In this document: positions 40,801 through 49,260 of the stretch, in pieces | Layout of the letters: every line of letters begins with the position of its first letter | Numbering within the stretch: position 1 is the stretch's first letter | DNA from: a bacterium | Lineage (GTDB): Bacteria > Fidelibacterota > Fidelibacteria > Fidelibacterales > Fidelibacteraceae | Length of the DNA: 64,000 bases | Assembly (NCBI GenBank): GCA_963676395.1 | Contig: OY781066.1 | Span: 608,001-672,000 of the forward strand | Direction of reading: 5' to 3' | Program-made: the position numbers and the translations under genes | The notes under the pieces: model-generated | Database searches by the model: none | What the model was told of the DNA's origin: nothing | What the model saw: only the letters and a program-made list of their open reading frames with translations

Positions 40801-40904
40801 TCCATAGGATTCAGGATAAGTGCCTGACCCAGGAGCGGGATAGCTCCCAAACAAAGGATCAATATGATCCAAAGAATTTTAAGCGTTTGTTTCTTCATAA
40901 TCAT
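37818..40904 (-). CDS. Large outer-membrane beta-barrel protein associated with DUF11/OmpA locus (putative usher-like pore)
   Basis: Signal peptide, N-terminal Ig-like domains, GRVAFYARG...LTASYDSKR...YAVYGDAS motif, ~550 aa of amphipathic beta-strands, aromatic C-terminus; ATG abuts the upstream TAA. Confidence 0.75.
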   Translation of the reverse strand: MIMKKQTLKILWIILILCLGAIPLLGQALILNPMEGSVTNLHHVAVTVMGKAGANTKLYVNDELASEGTIRVDGVYDFLNIHVPDGPVKFRVESVGARDKIFTSERNIHVMGPPKSMVPYKEKIEIPADGHSMDTLSFEFRDEWGYLLDNLKVATVQLTHGKVASEDMDIMAAGVQLPVQNGELKFPVKSPKEATKAILEVSVRGEYFQMPVRYTTPQGDFMFVGSVNGAVSNFQDFPDNENEPDVEVWREKVFNNNLAMYGGRVAFYARGNILNKYQLTASYDSKRNYRDQFYQDIDPSEQYAVYGDASTLEYDAQSNSELFIKLEENESAVMYGDFDTKLDQAEFTAYNRTFNGLLADLNYKEHSIRAFGTFTDREMQLDEIRGEGISGYYFLSQTYVTELSDKIEIQTRDKYRSEIVIRSKEMNRYQDYTINYEDGSIMFKQPVPSLDDDGNPVYIVISYEYKSGKRETAIGGIRYDGTLFKKLNLGALFVAEEKQVSNYYLYGLDATMPLFKWLSIKSEVAQSITPEMSGEKILGNAYKAEILFNPMKFFNISAYYRNIDTSFTNMSQTGKSSESGSQKYGFRLKMGNEKFGQLQSEYYNQLSKVGTVNENTAKAFNITYKQSFLEKGNVNVAYENAEKISISGDTLKSTRSQLIKGALDYKLGKKIKATVEREQNLIKTDQAKPTFTGIGLTYSISEKVALIAKYKRVENSEKPNQFVVGIDSKVKENTELTGKYEIGGTSGDDRNRATIGLKNKWKIGKNITFNVAYENVSVADSLRVATIDHQALSTSFEFLPEIPFKMTAKGELLAKSDSRQWNVMFNMDFKLARGLSFLAKLTYTQTNYLESFNDYVIKSDNQIGLAIRPERSDFFNSLIKVAYLQDKNTHVADKTNNERFILYAHNYWQPTEKLEVGFSFAYRMIVDEQILQFKDIITTRYFALRLEYDLSLKWYAAADVKFIDIPQLGQDKVGSSVEVGYNLIKNMQVGLGYQISRFEDPDFGSQNYLYNNFFLSFHMKFSEDIFNW

Positions 40905-43900
40905 TTATTTTTCTATCGTGATCTCTATTGAATCATCAAATAGAATATCACCATTACTTTGAACCTGTTCTTTTTGTGAGAGGACTCTGATCTCTACGCG
41001 GCGGTTTGCCTCGCGTCCCTCAACTGTATTATTATCAGCTATTGGATATTCCCGTCCATAACCTTTCATTTCAATTCTGCTAGGTTGGATCAAATATTTC
41101 TTGATCAAAACCTCACGTACGGCTTCTGCACGACGTTCCGATAATACTTTCCCAACCTTCCAACTACCTACATTATCACTGTATCCTTCGATTCGTATTT
41201 TTGCCCAAGGCTGCCAACGCAAAAATTCTGCGATCTTTGCAATACCTTCATCCTCAACAGATTTGAGTTTTGGAGAGTGGAATTCGAAGTCGGAATCTTC
41301 TATAACTTCCATAAAAAGCAAACGATTTACTTCGGTTGAAATGGTATTCATCATCAATGGGGTTTGATGTAATCTACCATCTCCAATATGGTATTCAAGC
41401 ATTGATACGACAGAACTGTGTGAACCGATCTCTTCGGTTTCATTTGGCAATAACTGGAAACTCATTTCATGCTGTTTAGATTCTTTTAGATCACCCATAT
41501 CCCAAATAATTGCATTTTTACCTGCTATTTCAGGTTTATATGATGCAAAATCCAGTTTACTGACCGTTTCGTCCAGAATAAAACCTTTAGGTAGATATGT
41601 GTAGAATTTAACGTCCTTAAGTAAGATAGAACCGGTATAGTTCAGATCTAACTGAAGGTTGATCTTTTGTTTTTCATCTGGAGCTACGCGAACCGGGAAA
41701 AAAGTCAGCTTAATGATGCGTCGTCCATTCTTCTCAACTCTAGACAAATCTTTTAAGTACTTACATTTGATCCGCCGTTTTTCTATACCGAATCCCTGCA
41801 GTTCTTTACACATGACATCTACAGGCTGCTGTTCTGCTTTAATAGATTTATGCATCATATTGACATCAAAACCATTGCTTTTAAAAGCTTCTTCAACGAG
41901 AACCGTAACATCACTACGCCAATTAAGATATTTTTTAATGTCTATCAGCTCTTTGCTTTTTGATAACTCATAACGGTTATTATCATTATTATATTCAAGA
42001 ACTAATTTCATTGACCAAGGATCATAGGAAGTCATTCTTAATGCCCTAGTCATTGTTTCTTGTTCTATATCAACAACAGATCTTTCAGGAAGCTGTTTAT
42101 TGTTTTTAGGTTTTTCTGCTTTTGTTACAACTTTTTTCTCGGGTACAAAGTTTTCGCCACCGAGTACAAAATTCGCTTTAGCGATACCCGAGGCGGATAG
42201 CTTAACAAGTCTTGAATCCGTATCGCCAAGGAAATCACTTGAAGAAAGTAATACATGAGTATTCTTGGGCAAGGTAATTGGATTAATCTTAAGTACATGA
42301 GACCCTAAGCGTACACTTGGAATTGAGTATTTACCATATTCATCTGTAGTAACTCTTACACCATTTTCAGTAACTAATTCAACATTTTTAAAAGTCTCTT
42401 CATCATTATCGTGCATGTTGTTTCCATTGCGATCGTAAAATACTTTACCAAAGATCAAACCATAACCTTGCATCATACTTGGTTTAATAACAACCTTGGC
42501 AACAGCTATATTAGAAAGAACCTGATCACCTGTTTGGAAGTAACCTCGAGCAGATGCCATATTTTCATTCTCACCGAAGCTGCAATTCATACCGACAACG
42601 GTACGATACTTAATCTTTATACTTCCCCCCGGAGCAATGGAACGATCAACATGCCATAATAGTGTTGCCCGATTATCTTGCATAAGCATTTCGGGATCGG
42701 CAATAGTCTCGGTACCAATAATGGTACGACCTTCACGATATCTGAAACCGACAGGAAGTTTATCGGTCAGCAAAAAGTTTGTAATACCTTGATCTTCACT
42801 TTGATTTGTTACTTCAACGGTATATGTCAACACATCACCCAATTCGGCGATCTGTTTGTTTACAGTTTTTTTAACAACAAGAAATGGAGCAATAATACTT
42901 GAAGTTGCCTTTGTACGGAGATCATCGGCAGTATAAGCTGTATCATTTTCAGTATAGATATAAGCAGTATTCGTGATATCTTTTTCAATATTAGCCGTAA
43001 CTTCAACAAGAAAAGTAATTGAATCGTGCTGTTGAGCGTGCATACCATAACGAAGGAATGAAACTTCATTGCTAACCGGGTTATATCTATCAAAACGCAT
43101 ACCCATACCATTAACAAATGAACTTTCGATAAATTCAACTTCTTCGGGAAGCTGATCTACAAGATGAATAGTATCGGCGATCACATTATCCAATGTTTGG
43201 AAATAAATTGTGTACCTTAAACTATCACCCTTAACCACAATCTCTTTATCTACCCGTTTGTATACATCAAAAAGAATCGGCTCATTGTAGATATCGGCAT
43301 TAATCACATGAATACCGCTTTGATCTAAATTTACTTCCCGGGTTCCTGCATAGAAATATTCGCCTTTTCCAAAAATAGCATCGATCCTGTAATTGCCAAG
43401 ATCCAATTTATTAAAATAAAAGAAACCACTTGTATCAGTGCTCACAGAATCAATATATACGGGATTGTCATTATATTTATTCAGGGTGTTTTCACTAAGG
43501 TGGCTTAAGTAAATACTGACTCCCGATCTACGGATAGGATCACCTGACATATGATCAACGATCCTTCCAGATAAAGCAGCCGTATTTTTAACATCATCAA
43601 CCTGTCCTGTACCGGAATCGGTAACCTCAACTGGCTGATCAATCGTATGACTATCACCTTTTTTATCATTGAATTGAACTCTAATGATATAATCACCGGA
43701 ATGATAAAGAGCAATACTATAGTTACCGGATTCATCTGTGACAGCTGATCCGATAATATTACCACCCTGGATCAACAGTACTATAGCACCACTTACGGGC
43801 AATCCGGAATTATCACGAACAACACCGTTAACTCTTCGTGCATAAAATACAACATCGGTGGAGTCAGTTAATCTATCACCATTTACAGCAACAACTTCGG

Positions 43901-46148
43901 CACTGACCTTTGTTGGTACATAATCGGTAGATACAACCTCTGAACGCAAACGCATTTCGGCATAGCCGTTTGAAGTACTGACAATATGATTTGTACTTAA
44001 TAGAGTACCGTGTTCAGTATAAAAATGAACATCGGTACCATCGGATACTGGTCTCCCGGCACCATCAAATACACGGGCTGTTAATTGTGTATAATCTTCA
44101 CCATTTCCAATGACTGAATCAGGATTCGCTGTTAAATCTAATTTATAAGGCTTGATCTCAGTAATAAAAGTATTTGATTCAGAAACAACACCCAATGATT
44201 GAATGTTTGCTTTATTTTTAATCTCTTCGACCGCTATATGATCTTCTTTTATTTTAACATCAAGTTTAACACTACCTTGAGTATTAAGAGCTAAATGTCC
44301 TAAATTCCACATTACAGTATTATAAGTACTATTGTAATTATATGCGCCGGTTGCAGAGATAAATTTTAAGTGCTCACTTAAGGTATCAACAATAACGGTT
44401 GATGTTGCAACAGCATTTCCTTGATTAGCATAATTAAAAATATAGCGGATCGTATCACCAACCAATGCTTCATCGACTGAAGATTTAACCAGGCTTAATC
44501 CTGGAGCGGAAACAATTTCGACAAGGGATGTATCTTCTGCAGAAAATCCACAATCAGATTCCATTACAGCATTGTTATTTAACTCAGTACCGTTTACCAA
44601 AGGTTTATGAACCCTAACACTCAAGTTTAATGCTTGCGATGAGCTCATTAAAGCATCCACATCACCAAGAAACCATTGAATCACATGATCATGGGTATAA
44701 TAATGGTAGGTACCGGAAGCAGATATAAAATCGACATGAGCAGCTAAAGTATCATAAACCATTACATTCTTTGCTATACCATGTCCGCTATTAATATAAT
44801 CAATCGAATAATTTACCAGTTCACCCGCCTGCACTTTAGTGCTGTCGGCTGTTTTACTTATTTGTAATATAGGTGACTCAATTAAAATATCGGAATAAGC
44901 TGAAGCAGCCTTTCCTTCGAAACATACAATATCAGATTCACTGCGTAAATAACTTCCATCTGGAACACTTTTTTTAATTCTTACTGTAACTTCAACCGTA
45001 TCTTGTTTACCGGCACTCAATGGATCAGGATGAAAGGTGATATCATTATCATAAAGATCATAAATCGCACTCATGGAAGATGAAATATACTCCATATTCT
45101 TGTGCAAAGTTTCTTTCATTTCCAAACCGGTAGCGGCAGCATTCCCACGGTTTTCGATGAAGATTTGATATGTGACAGTATCTAAAGGTGAAGCATATGA
45201 AGGCATACTTCTTTGCATATAAAGATCAGGTTCACCTAATGATTCAGATACAAGTACTTTAGCGGATGTATACTTTTGTTCCCCCCCGGAACTTACGGAT
45301 GCAAAGTTAACAATATTGGTACCGGCCGGGACACCATCACGAACAATTACCATTACACTTCTTTCAACAATGTCACCCGGGTGAACATCACCTACAGACC
45401 ATGAAACGATGCCACTTTGTTCTTGCTTATCACCGCTTGCCGAAACAAAAACCAATTCTTGTGGCAAATCATCAAATAGCATAACATTATAGGCTGGAGC
45501 ATTACCCATGTTAAAAATGCGTATATTGTAATTAAGAGTTTCACCGGGCCTTGCACTGGGCTTATCAACTATTTTTTCTATACTAAGTGAAGCCTTATTC
45601 CCAATTAGAATACTTGCCGGTGCAGAAATACCCTTAACTTTTTCAGCAGTTTCGTAAACCGCCGTGTTTAAAATTTCTTCATCATGTGAAAAACCGGGAG
45701 GAACCATACAGAAGATATCAAACTGTAAAGCATTCCCGAAATTTAAACTAAGATTATCCCAGGTAAGAACATTAGCGTTCACCTGAGCTGGTGGATTAGA
45801 GCTAAGATAGGTTAATTCACTGGGTAAGGTATCGGAAACCGAAAATGAAGAAGCGATGAAATTACCCGTATTACTGATCTCAATATGATATTTTACTGTA
45901 TCCATGGGAAGGTAAACGGGTGAATCAACCGATTTAGAGATTGTTAAAAGATATGCCGGTGCAACAACAGTCGTTGTTTGCTCACTTGAAACATTATAAC
46001 GATAACCACCCGCATCAGAATAACTACCATGTGCGGTATTGGTGATCTCAGTTCCAAAAGGAGTTTGCGCATAAATGCAACTAATACTTGATACAACAAG
46101 TACCAGCAGCATATAAATTACCCGCAATGTCAGAAACCGGTCTCTCAT
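40905..46148 (-). CDS. Multi-DUF11 surface protein with Big_1/SdrD-B-like Ig domains and C-terminal OmpA peptidoglycan-binding domain
   Basis: Seven L.I.K..D....GD...Y.I...N.G...D.LP repeats; IFGKVFYDRNGN SdrD-B-like; IEGYSDNVG...LSERRAEAV...GYG...NRRVEI OmpA. Confidence 0.88.
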   Translation of the reverse strand: MRDRFLTLRVIYMLLVLVVSSISCIYAQTPFGTEITNTAHGSYSDAGGYRYNVSSEQTTTVVAPAYLLTISKSVDSPVYLPMDTVKYHIEISNTGNFIASSFSVSDTLPSELTYLSSNPPAQVNANVLTWDNLSLNFGNALQFDIFCMVPPGFSHDEEILNTAVYETAEKVKGISAPASILIGNKASLSIEKIVDKPSARPGETLNYNIRIFNMGNAPAYNVMLFDDLPQELVFVSASGDKQEQSGIVSWSVGDVHPGDIVERSVMVIVRDGVPAGTNIVNFASVSSGGEQKYTSAKVLVSESLGEPDLYMQRSMPSYASPLDTVTYQIFIENRGNAAATGLEMKETLHKNMEYISSSMSAIYDLYDNDITFHPDPLSAGKQDTVEVTVRIKKSVPDGSYLRSESDIVCFEGKAASAYSDILIESPILQISKTADSTKVQAGELVNYSIDYINSGHGIAKNVMVYDTLAAHVDFISASGTYHYYTHDHVIQWFLGDVDALMSSSQALNLSVRVHKPLVNGTELNNNAVMESDCGFSAEDTSLVEIVSAPGLSLVKSSVDEALVGDTIRYIFNYANQGNAVATSTVIVDTLSEHLKFISATGAYNYNSTYNTVMWNLGHLALNTQGSVKLDVKIKEDHIAVEEIKNKANIQSLGVVSESNTFITEIKPYKLDLTANPDSVIGNGEDYTQLTARVFDGAGRPVSDGTDVHFYTEHGTLLSTNHIVSTSNGYAEMRLRSEVVSTDYVPTKVSAEVVAVNGDRLTDSTDVVFYARRVNGVVRDNSGLPVSGAIVLLIQGGNIIGSAVTDESGNYSIALYHSGDYIIRVQFNDKKGDSHTIDQPVEVTDSGTGQVDDVKNTAALSGRIVDHMSGDPIRRSGVSIYLSHLSENTLNKYNDNPVYIDSVSTDTSGFFYFNKLDLGNYRIDAIFGKGEYFYAGTREVNLDQSGIHVINADIYNEPILFDVYKRVDKEIVVKGDSLRYTIYFQTLDNVIADTIHLVDQLPEEVEFIESSFVNGMGMRFDRYNPVSNEVSFLRYGMHAQQHDSITFLVEVTANIEKDITNTAYIYTENDTAYTADDLRTKATSSIIAPFLVVKKTVNKQIAELGDVLTYTVEVTNQSEDQGITNFLLTDKLPVGFRYREGRTIIGTETIADPEMLMQDNRATLLWHVDRSIAPGGSIKIKYRTVVGMNCSFGENENMASARGYFQTGDQVLSNIAVAKVVIKPSMMQGYGLIFGKVFYDRNGNNMHDNDEETFKNVELVTENGVRVTTDEYGKYSIPSVRLGSHVLKINPITLPKNTHVLLSSSDFLGDTDSRLVKLSASGIAKANFVLGGENFVPEKKVVTKAEKPKNNKQLPERSVVDIEQETMTRALRMTSYDPWSMKLVLEYNNDNNRYELSKSKELIDIKKYLNWRSDVTVLVEEAFKSNGFDVNMMHKSIKAEQQPVDVMCKELQGFGIEKRRIKCKYLKDLSRVEKNGRRIIKLTFFPVRVAPDEKQKINLQLDLNYTGSILLKDVKFYTYLPKGFILDETVSKLDFASYKPEIAGKNAIIWDMGDLKESKQHEMSFQLLPNETEEIGSHSSVVSMLEYHIGDGRLHQTPLMMNTISTEVNRLLFMEVIEDSDFEFHSPKLKSVEDEGIAKIAEFLRWQPWAKIRIEGYSDNVGSWKVGKVLSERRAEAVREVLIKKYLIQPSRIEMKGYGREYPIADNNTVEGREANRRVEIRVLSQKEQVQSNGDILFDDSIEITIEK

Positions 46149-46172
46149 CTCTCTCTCGGTTTTACATTAAAC

Positions 46173-46195
46173 CCTGCCCCGAAAATCGGGGCAGG
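46173..46195 (-). terminator. Intra-operon hairpin (attenuator or stabiliser) between shaft and anchor genes
   Basis: CCTGCCCCGA/TCGGGGCAGG 10 bp stem followed by a weak GTTTAAT tract on the minus strand. Confidence 0.7.
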
Positions 46196-46231
46196 ATTTT
46201 ATTTCAAAGATAACGTTAAGCGTTAAACTTA

Positions 46232-47911
46232 TTATTGAATTTTAGTTTTAAATTCAACGGTTGTTGAAGCGCCGGCACCCAAAGTAGGAAGTTCGAAGAC
46301 AACGGTATTTTTTTCAAGTTGTGCTTCATCTTCATCCTTGGCATCTGTTTTTGCTACACCACCCAGTTTCATAGTACCTCTTTGATACCATGTGTTTTCA
46401 GGGACATCATCATCAATTCTTAGATCTGTTGCAACACCTGTACCAACGTTTAAAATAGTAATGGTGTATGTCAGAACTGTACCTGGAGGTTGGTTACCTG
46501 TAGGCGATACGGCTTTTAAAAGGGATAGGATAGGAGCCGTAACAGTGATTGTTAATTCACCTTCGTCTGACTCATCTTCATTTCCTTCTGAAGTGGCTGT
46601 AAGGGTCATAACAGAAACAACTTCATCAGGTGTACCTGCCGGAATCTGGCCTTTGGCAACAAGATATACAACTGCACCCTGAGCCATTGTAGCTGTTTGA
46701 GCATCTTCTAGTTCTTCTTCATCTTCATCGATCCGACCGTTTTCATTGGCGTCCAAATAGAATTCCCAATCTGGGATCAAATCACAGACCTCAGAAATAT
46801 TCATTTTGTCGGGACCATTACCTTTATTGGTCACCGTAACTGCGTAATAAACATAATCTGAGGGGTCACCGACAGTTACCTGATCGGAACCTACTGCAAC
46901 AAACCAGATCTGAGCTACTGTTAACGTAGCACCACTGGCATTAGCTGATACAGCGAGCTGATCTTCACCTAAAATATTCTTCCAAAGCAATACGGCTGCA
47001 TTGGCAATGACTGTATTTACAGGAACATTATCATTGATTACAATCTGGAAAGTTGCTGTTGCACTTGAGCCACTGCTGATTTCATCAAACATGAAATTGG
47101 CAACTGAAGGAACGCCTTCGATAAATTCAGCGTCATCATCACCTTTATCGTCTGATTGTGCTACCCCATTGATCTTAAGAGATCCGGCTACATATGACGT
47201 GTTTACAGCAATACCTGCCGCAAATACAACATCCTGAGCATCTGCCGAACCTGTATTGGTTACTGCCAATGTATAAGTAACAACATCACCCGGTTGAGGA
47301 TCATTGTTATCAGCAGTCATCGTAAAGGTATACTCTGAAGTTTTTACTCGTACGCCCATGTATGCGGCTGTTTTGATCTCATTATTAAAACGTGATTCCA
47401 AACCAAGTGTAATATTTGCTGATGAAGCATCTTCTCCCGAAATATTTTCAACAACGACGACAATGTTGTATGACGTGTACATTGCCATATCAGGAGTTTC
47501 TCTGACTTCTTCTTCGCCTTCATCTACAACGCCATTTCCGTTGGCATCATGATATACGGTTGAAACAAATTCATCTCCTGTAGGACTTTGAAGAGCATTG
47601 CTGATCTTATATGAATCAACACCGTTTCCCGTATTAACGATCGACATTGGAAATGATACTGTTCCGTATAAAACCATATTCTGGAAAGCTTCCATCGGCG
47701 ATAAATCCACACCGGCAACCTGTGATACGATCGTTGTTACTGTGTTTGAGGTTACGCTGGCCATGGCATTGCCATTGGCATCACGGTAGTTACCTGTTGC
47801 AAAGTTGCTGATCTCTGTGCCTGCCGGTGTTGGTAGAGCAACCATTGCAAAGGCAACACTCGACAACATTATCGTTGCCAAAAGTGCGACTAATACATGT
47901 TTAAATTTCAT
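46232..47911 (-). CDS. DUF11-domain secreted protein, putative major pilin/shaft subunit (copy 1)
   Basis: Signal peptide; N-terminal TPAGTEISNFATGNY...SNTVTTIV segment; Ig domains with DANGNG/DANENG Ca-type loops; C-terminal truncated DUF11 domain. Confidence 0.8.
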   Translation of the reverse strand: MKFKHVLVALLATIMLSSVAFAMVALPTPAGTEISNFATGNYRDANGNAMASVTSNTVTTIVSQVAGVDLSPMEAFQNMVLYGTVSFPMSIVNTGNGVDSYKISNALQSPTGDEFVSTVYHDANGNGVVDEGEEEVRETPDMAMYTSYNIVVVVENISGEDASSANITLGLESRFNNEIKTAAYMGVRVKTSEYTFTMTADNNDPQPGDVVTYTLAVTNTGSADAQDVVFAAGIAVNTSYVAGSLKINGVAQSDDKGDDDAEFIEGVPSVANFMFDEISSGSSATATFQIVINDNVPVNTVIANAAVLLWKNILGEDQLAVSANASGATLTVAQIWFVAVGSDQVTVGDPSDYVYYAVTVTNKGNGPDKMNISEVCDLIPDWEFYLDANENGRIDEDEEELEDAQTATMAQGAVVYLVAKGQIPAGTPDEVVSVMTLTATSEGNEDESDEGELTITVTAPILSLLKAVSPTGNQPPGTVLTYTITILNVGTGVATDLRIDDDVPENTWYQRGTMKLGGVAKTDAKDEDEAQLEKNTVVFELPTLGAGASTTVEFKTKIQ

Positions 47912-47929
47912 CTGTCTCTCCTTAAAATA

Positions 47930-48418
47930 TTATTTTACTGTTACTTCAAATTCGAGCTGCTTACTTTCTTTCGGTGTAAGCGATTTCTTCAATTCCCATT
48001 GTACGTGTGTAACCATATCGGGGGAAGCGGCTTTTTTAACCATTTTACCATTTTTGTCTTTTATCTCATACTTAGGAGGCCATGCCTGATAAGTTCTGCC
48101 ACCATCAATAGAAAAACTTACATCTGCATGTTTACCTTTGGCCGAATTAGGTTTATACGATGTACCGGCTGGAATAGGATCCGTGATCACTGGTTCTGTC
48201 ATGGTTCCTGTTCCTATATTCTGTGCCCAAACCGTATATTTGATCACATCACCCGGTCGATAGGCAATTGCTTCTGTGCCCATTCTTTCTGCCTGACTCA
48301 TGTTCATTTTCTTTTCTGCGATGCGCAGTTCAAGCTTTGGGCTACCTTGTGCAAATGCTGCAGTACCAAAAACTAAAGCTACCAACAGAACGAGGACTGT
48401 TAATTTACGTAGTTTCAT
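47930..48418 (-). CDS. Single DUF11-like domain secreted protein, putative chaperone (copy 1)
   Basis: Signal peptide; RPGDVIKYTV..QN.G......ITDPIPAGTSY...FSIDGGRTY...VTHVQW; basic composition. Confidence 0.78.
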   Translation of the reverse strand: MKLRKLTVLVLLVALVFGTAAFAQGSPKLELRIAEKKMNMSQAERMGTEAIAYRPGDVIKYTVWAQNIGTGTMTEPVITDPIPAGTSYKPNSAKGKHADVSFSIDGGRTYQAWPPKYEIKDKNGKMVKKAASPDMVTHVQWELKKSLTPKESKQLEFEVTVK

Positions 48419-48430
48419 TCTCTCTCCTTT

Positions 48431-49195
48431 TTATTTGACTACTACTTTATATATTACATTACCACTGCCACCGGCCTCTAAATTACCATTTAATGTAAAA
48501 AGCAAATCAGTAACAGGTAAGGTCTCTTCGTTATTATATGTTAATCCGCCATCATGGCTGTAAGTGACAGTCATATTATTTCCAGCAGCCGTACCGGGGA
48601 CATAATCCGTATTACTGCCTATCGTTTCATAGATCATTACAGAAGTTGCATCACCATCACCGCTATTTACATACGTAAGCGTATAAGTAAGCTGCTCTCC
48701 CGGAAGTCCGGTACTTTTATCTACAGATTTATTCAAAACAAGAAGCGGCGCTGTTGTACCCTGAACATTAACAGTTGCAGTAGGACCTATTTGTGTTTGA
48801 GAAATTCGATATCCCGTAACTCCGACATATACACCGAAATCACCCGTTTTTAAACTGGTAGTCGCTTTAAAATTAATCACTACCTTTTCTCCACTCCACA
48901 TAAGGAACCAATTAGTCCATGTTAACTGGTTTCCGTTGATATATGGATTTGAGTTTGTAGCACCATAAGTAGAGTTATTTACATAAGTAAATCCATCGGG
49001 TAAAACGACTACAGTTTGTGTTGGCATAATCCAATTTCGTCCGGTATTCCTTATCGTTAGAACATAAGTTACTTCTTCTTGAGGAGCTACTGCAGAAGGT
49101 GTTGCTGTTAAAGATAATGAGACGGCAGCAAAAAGGCTTGTAAGCGAAAAAGCCACTAGCAGAACTACAATTTTTTTCATAATTGTTTTTCTCAT
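48431..49195 (-). CDS. Two-domain DUF11 secreted protein, putative tip subunit
   Basis: Signal peptide; Trp-rich N-terminal DUF11-like domain; C-terminal LVLNKSVDK...PGEQLTYTL domain ending IYKVVVK. Confidence 0.78.
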   Translation of the reverse strand: MRKTIMKKIVVLLVAFSLTSLFAAVSLSLTATPSAVAPQEEVTYVLTIRNTGRNWIMPTQTVVVLPDGFTYVNNSTYGATNSNPYINGNQLTWTNWFLMWSGEKVVINFKATTSLKTGDFGVYVGVTGYRISQTQIGPTATVNVQGTTAPLLVLNKSVDKSTGLPGEQLTYTLTYVNSGDGDATSVMIYETIGSNTDYVPGTAAGNNMTVTYSHDGGLTYNNEETLPVTDLLFTLNGNLEAGGSGNVIYKVVVK

Positions 49196-49260
49196 CTTCT
49201 CTCTCTTTTATCTCTCTCTTAATGAAATAAGATGTGCAATCGCTCAAGTAAGTATAATAA

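Larger units (their letters stand above)
46228..48442. repeat. ~2.2 kb near-identical direct repeat, copy 1
   Basis: Matches 50054..52268 at offset 3826. Confidence 0.97.

Noticed and set aside
47897..48376. 159 aa plus-strand ORF (duplicated at 51723..52202) and other antisense ORFs in the track
   Set aside because: Shadow ORFs opposite well-supported genes; repeated only because of the DNA duplication
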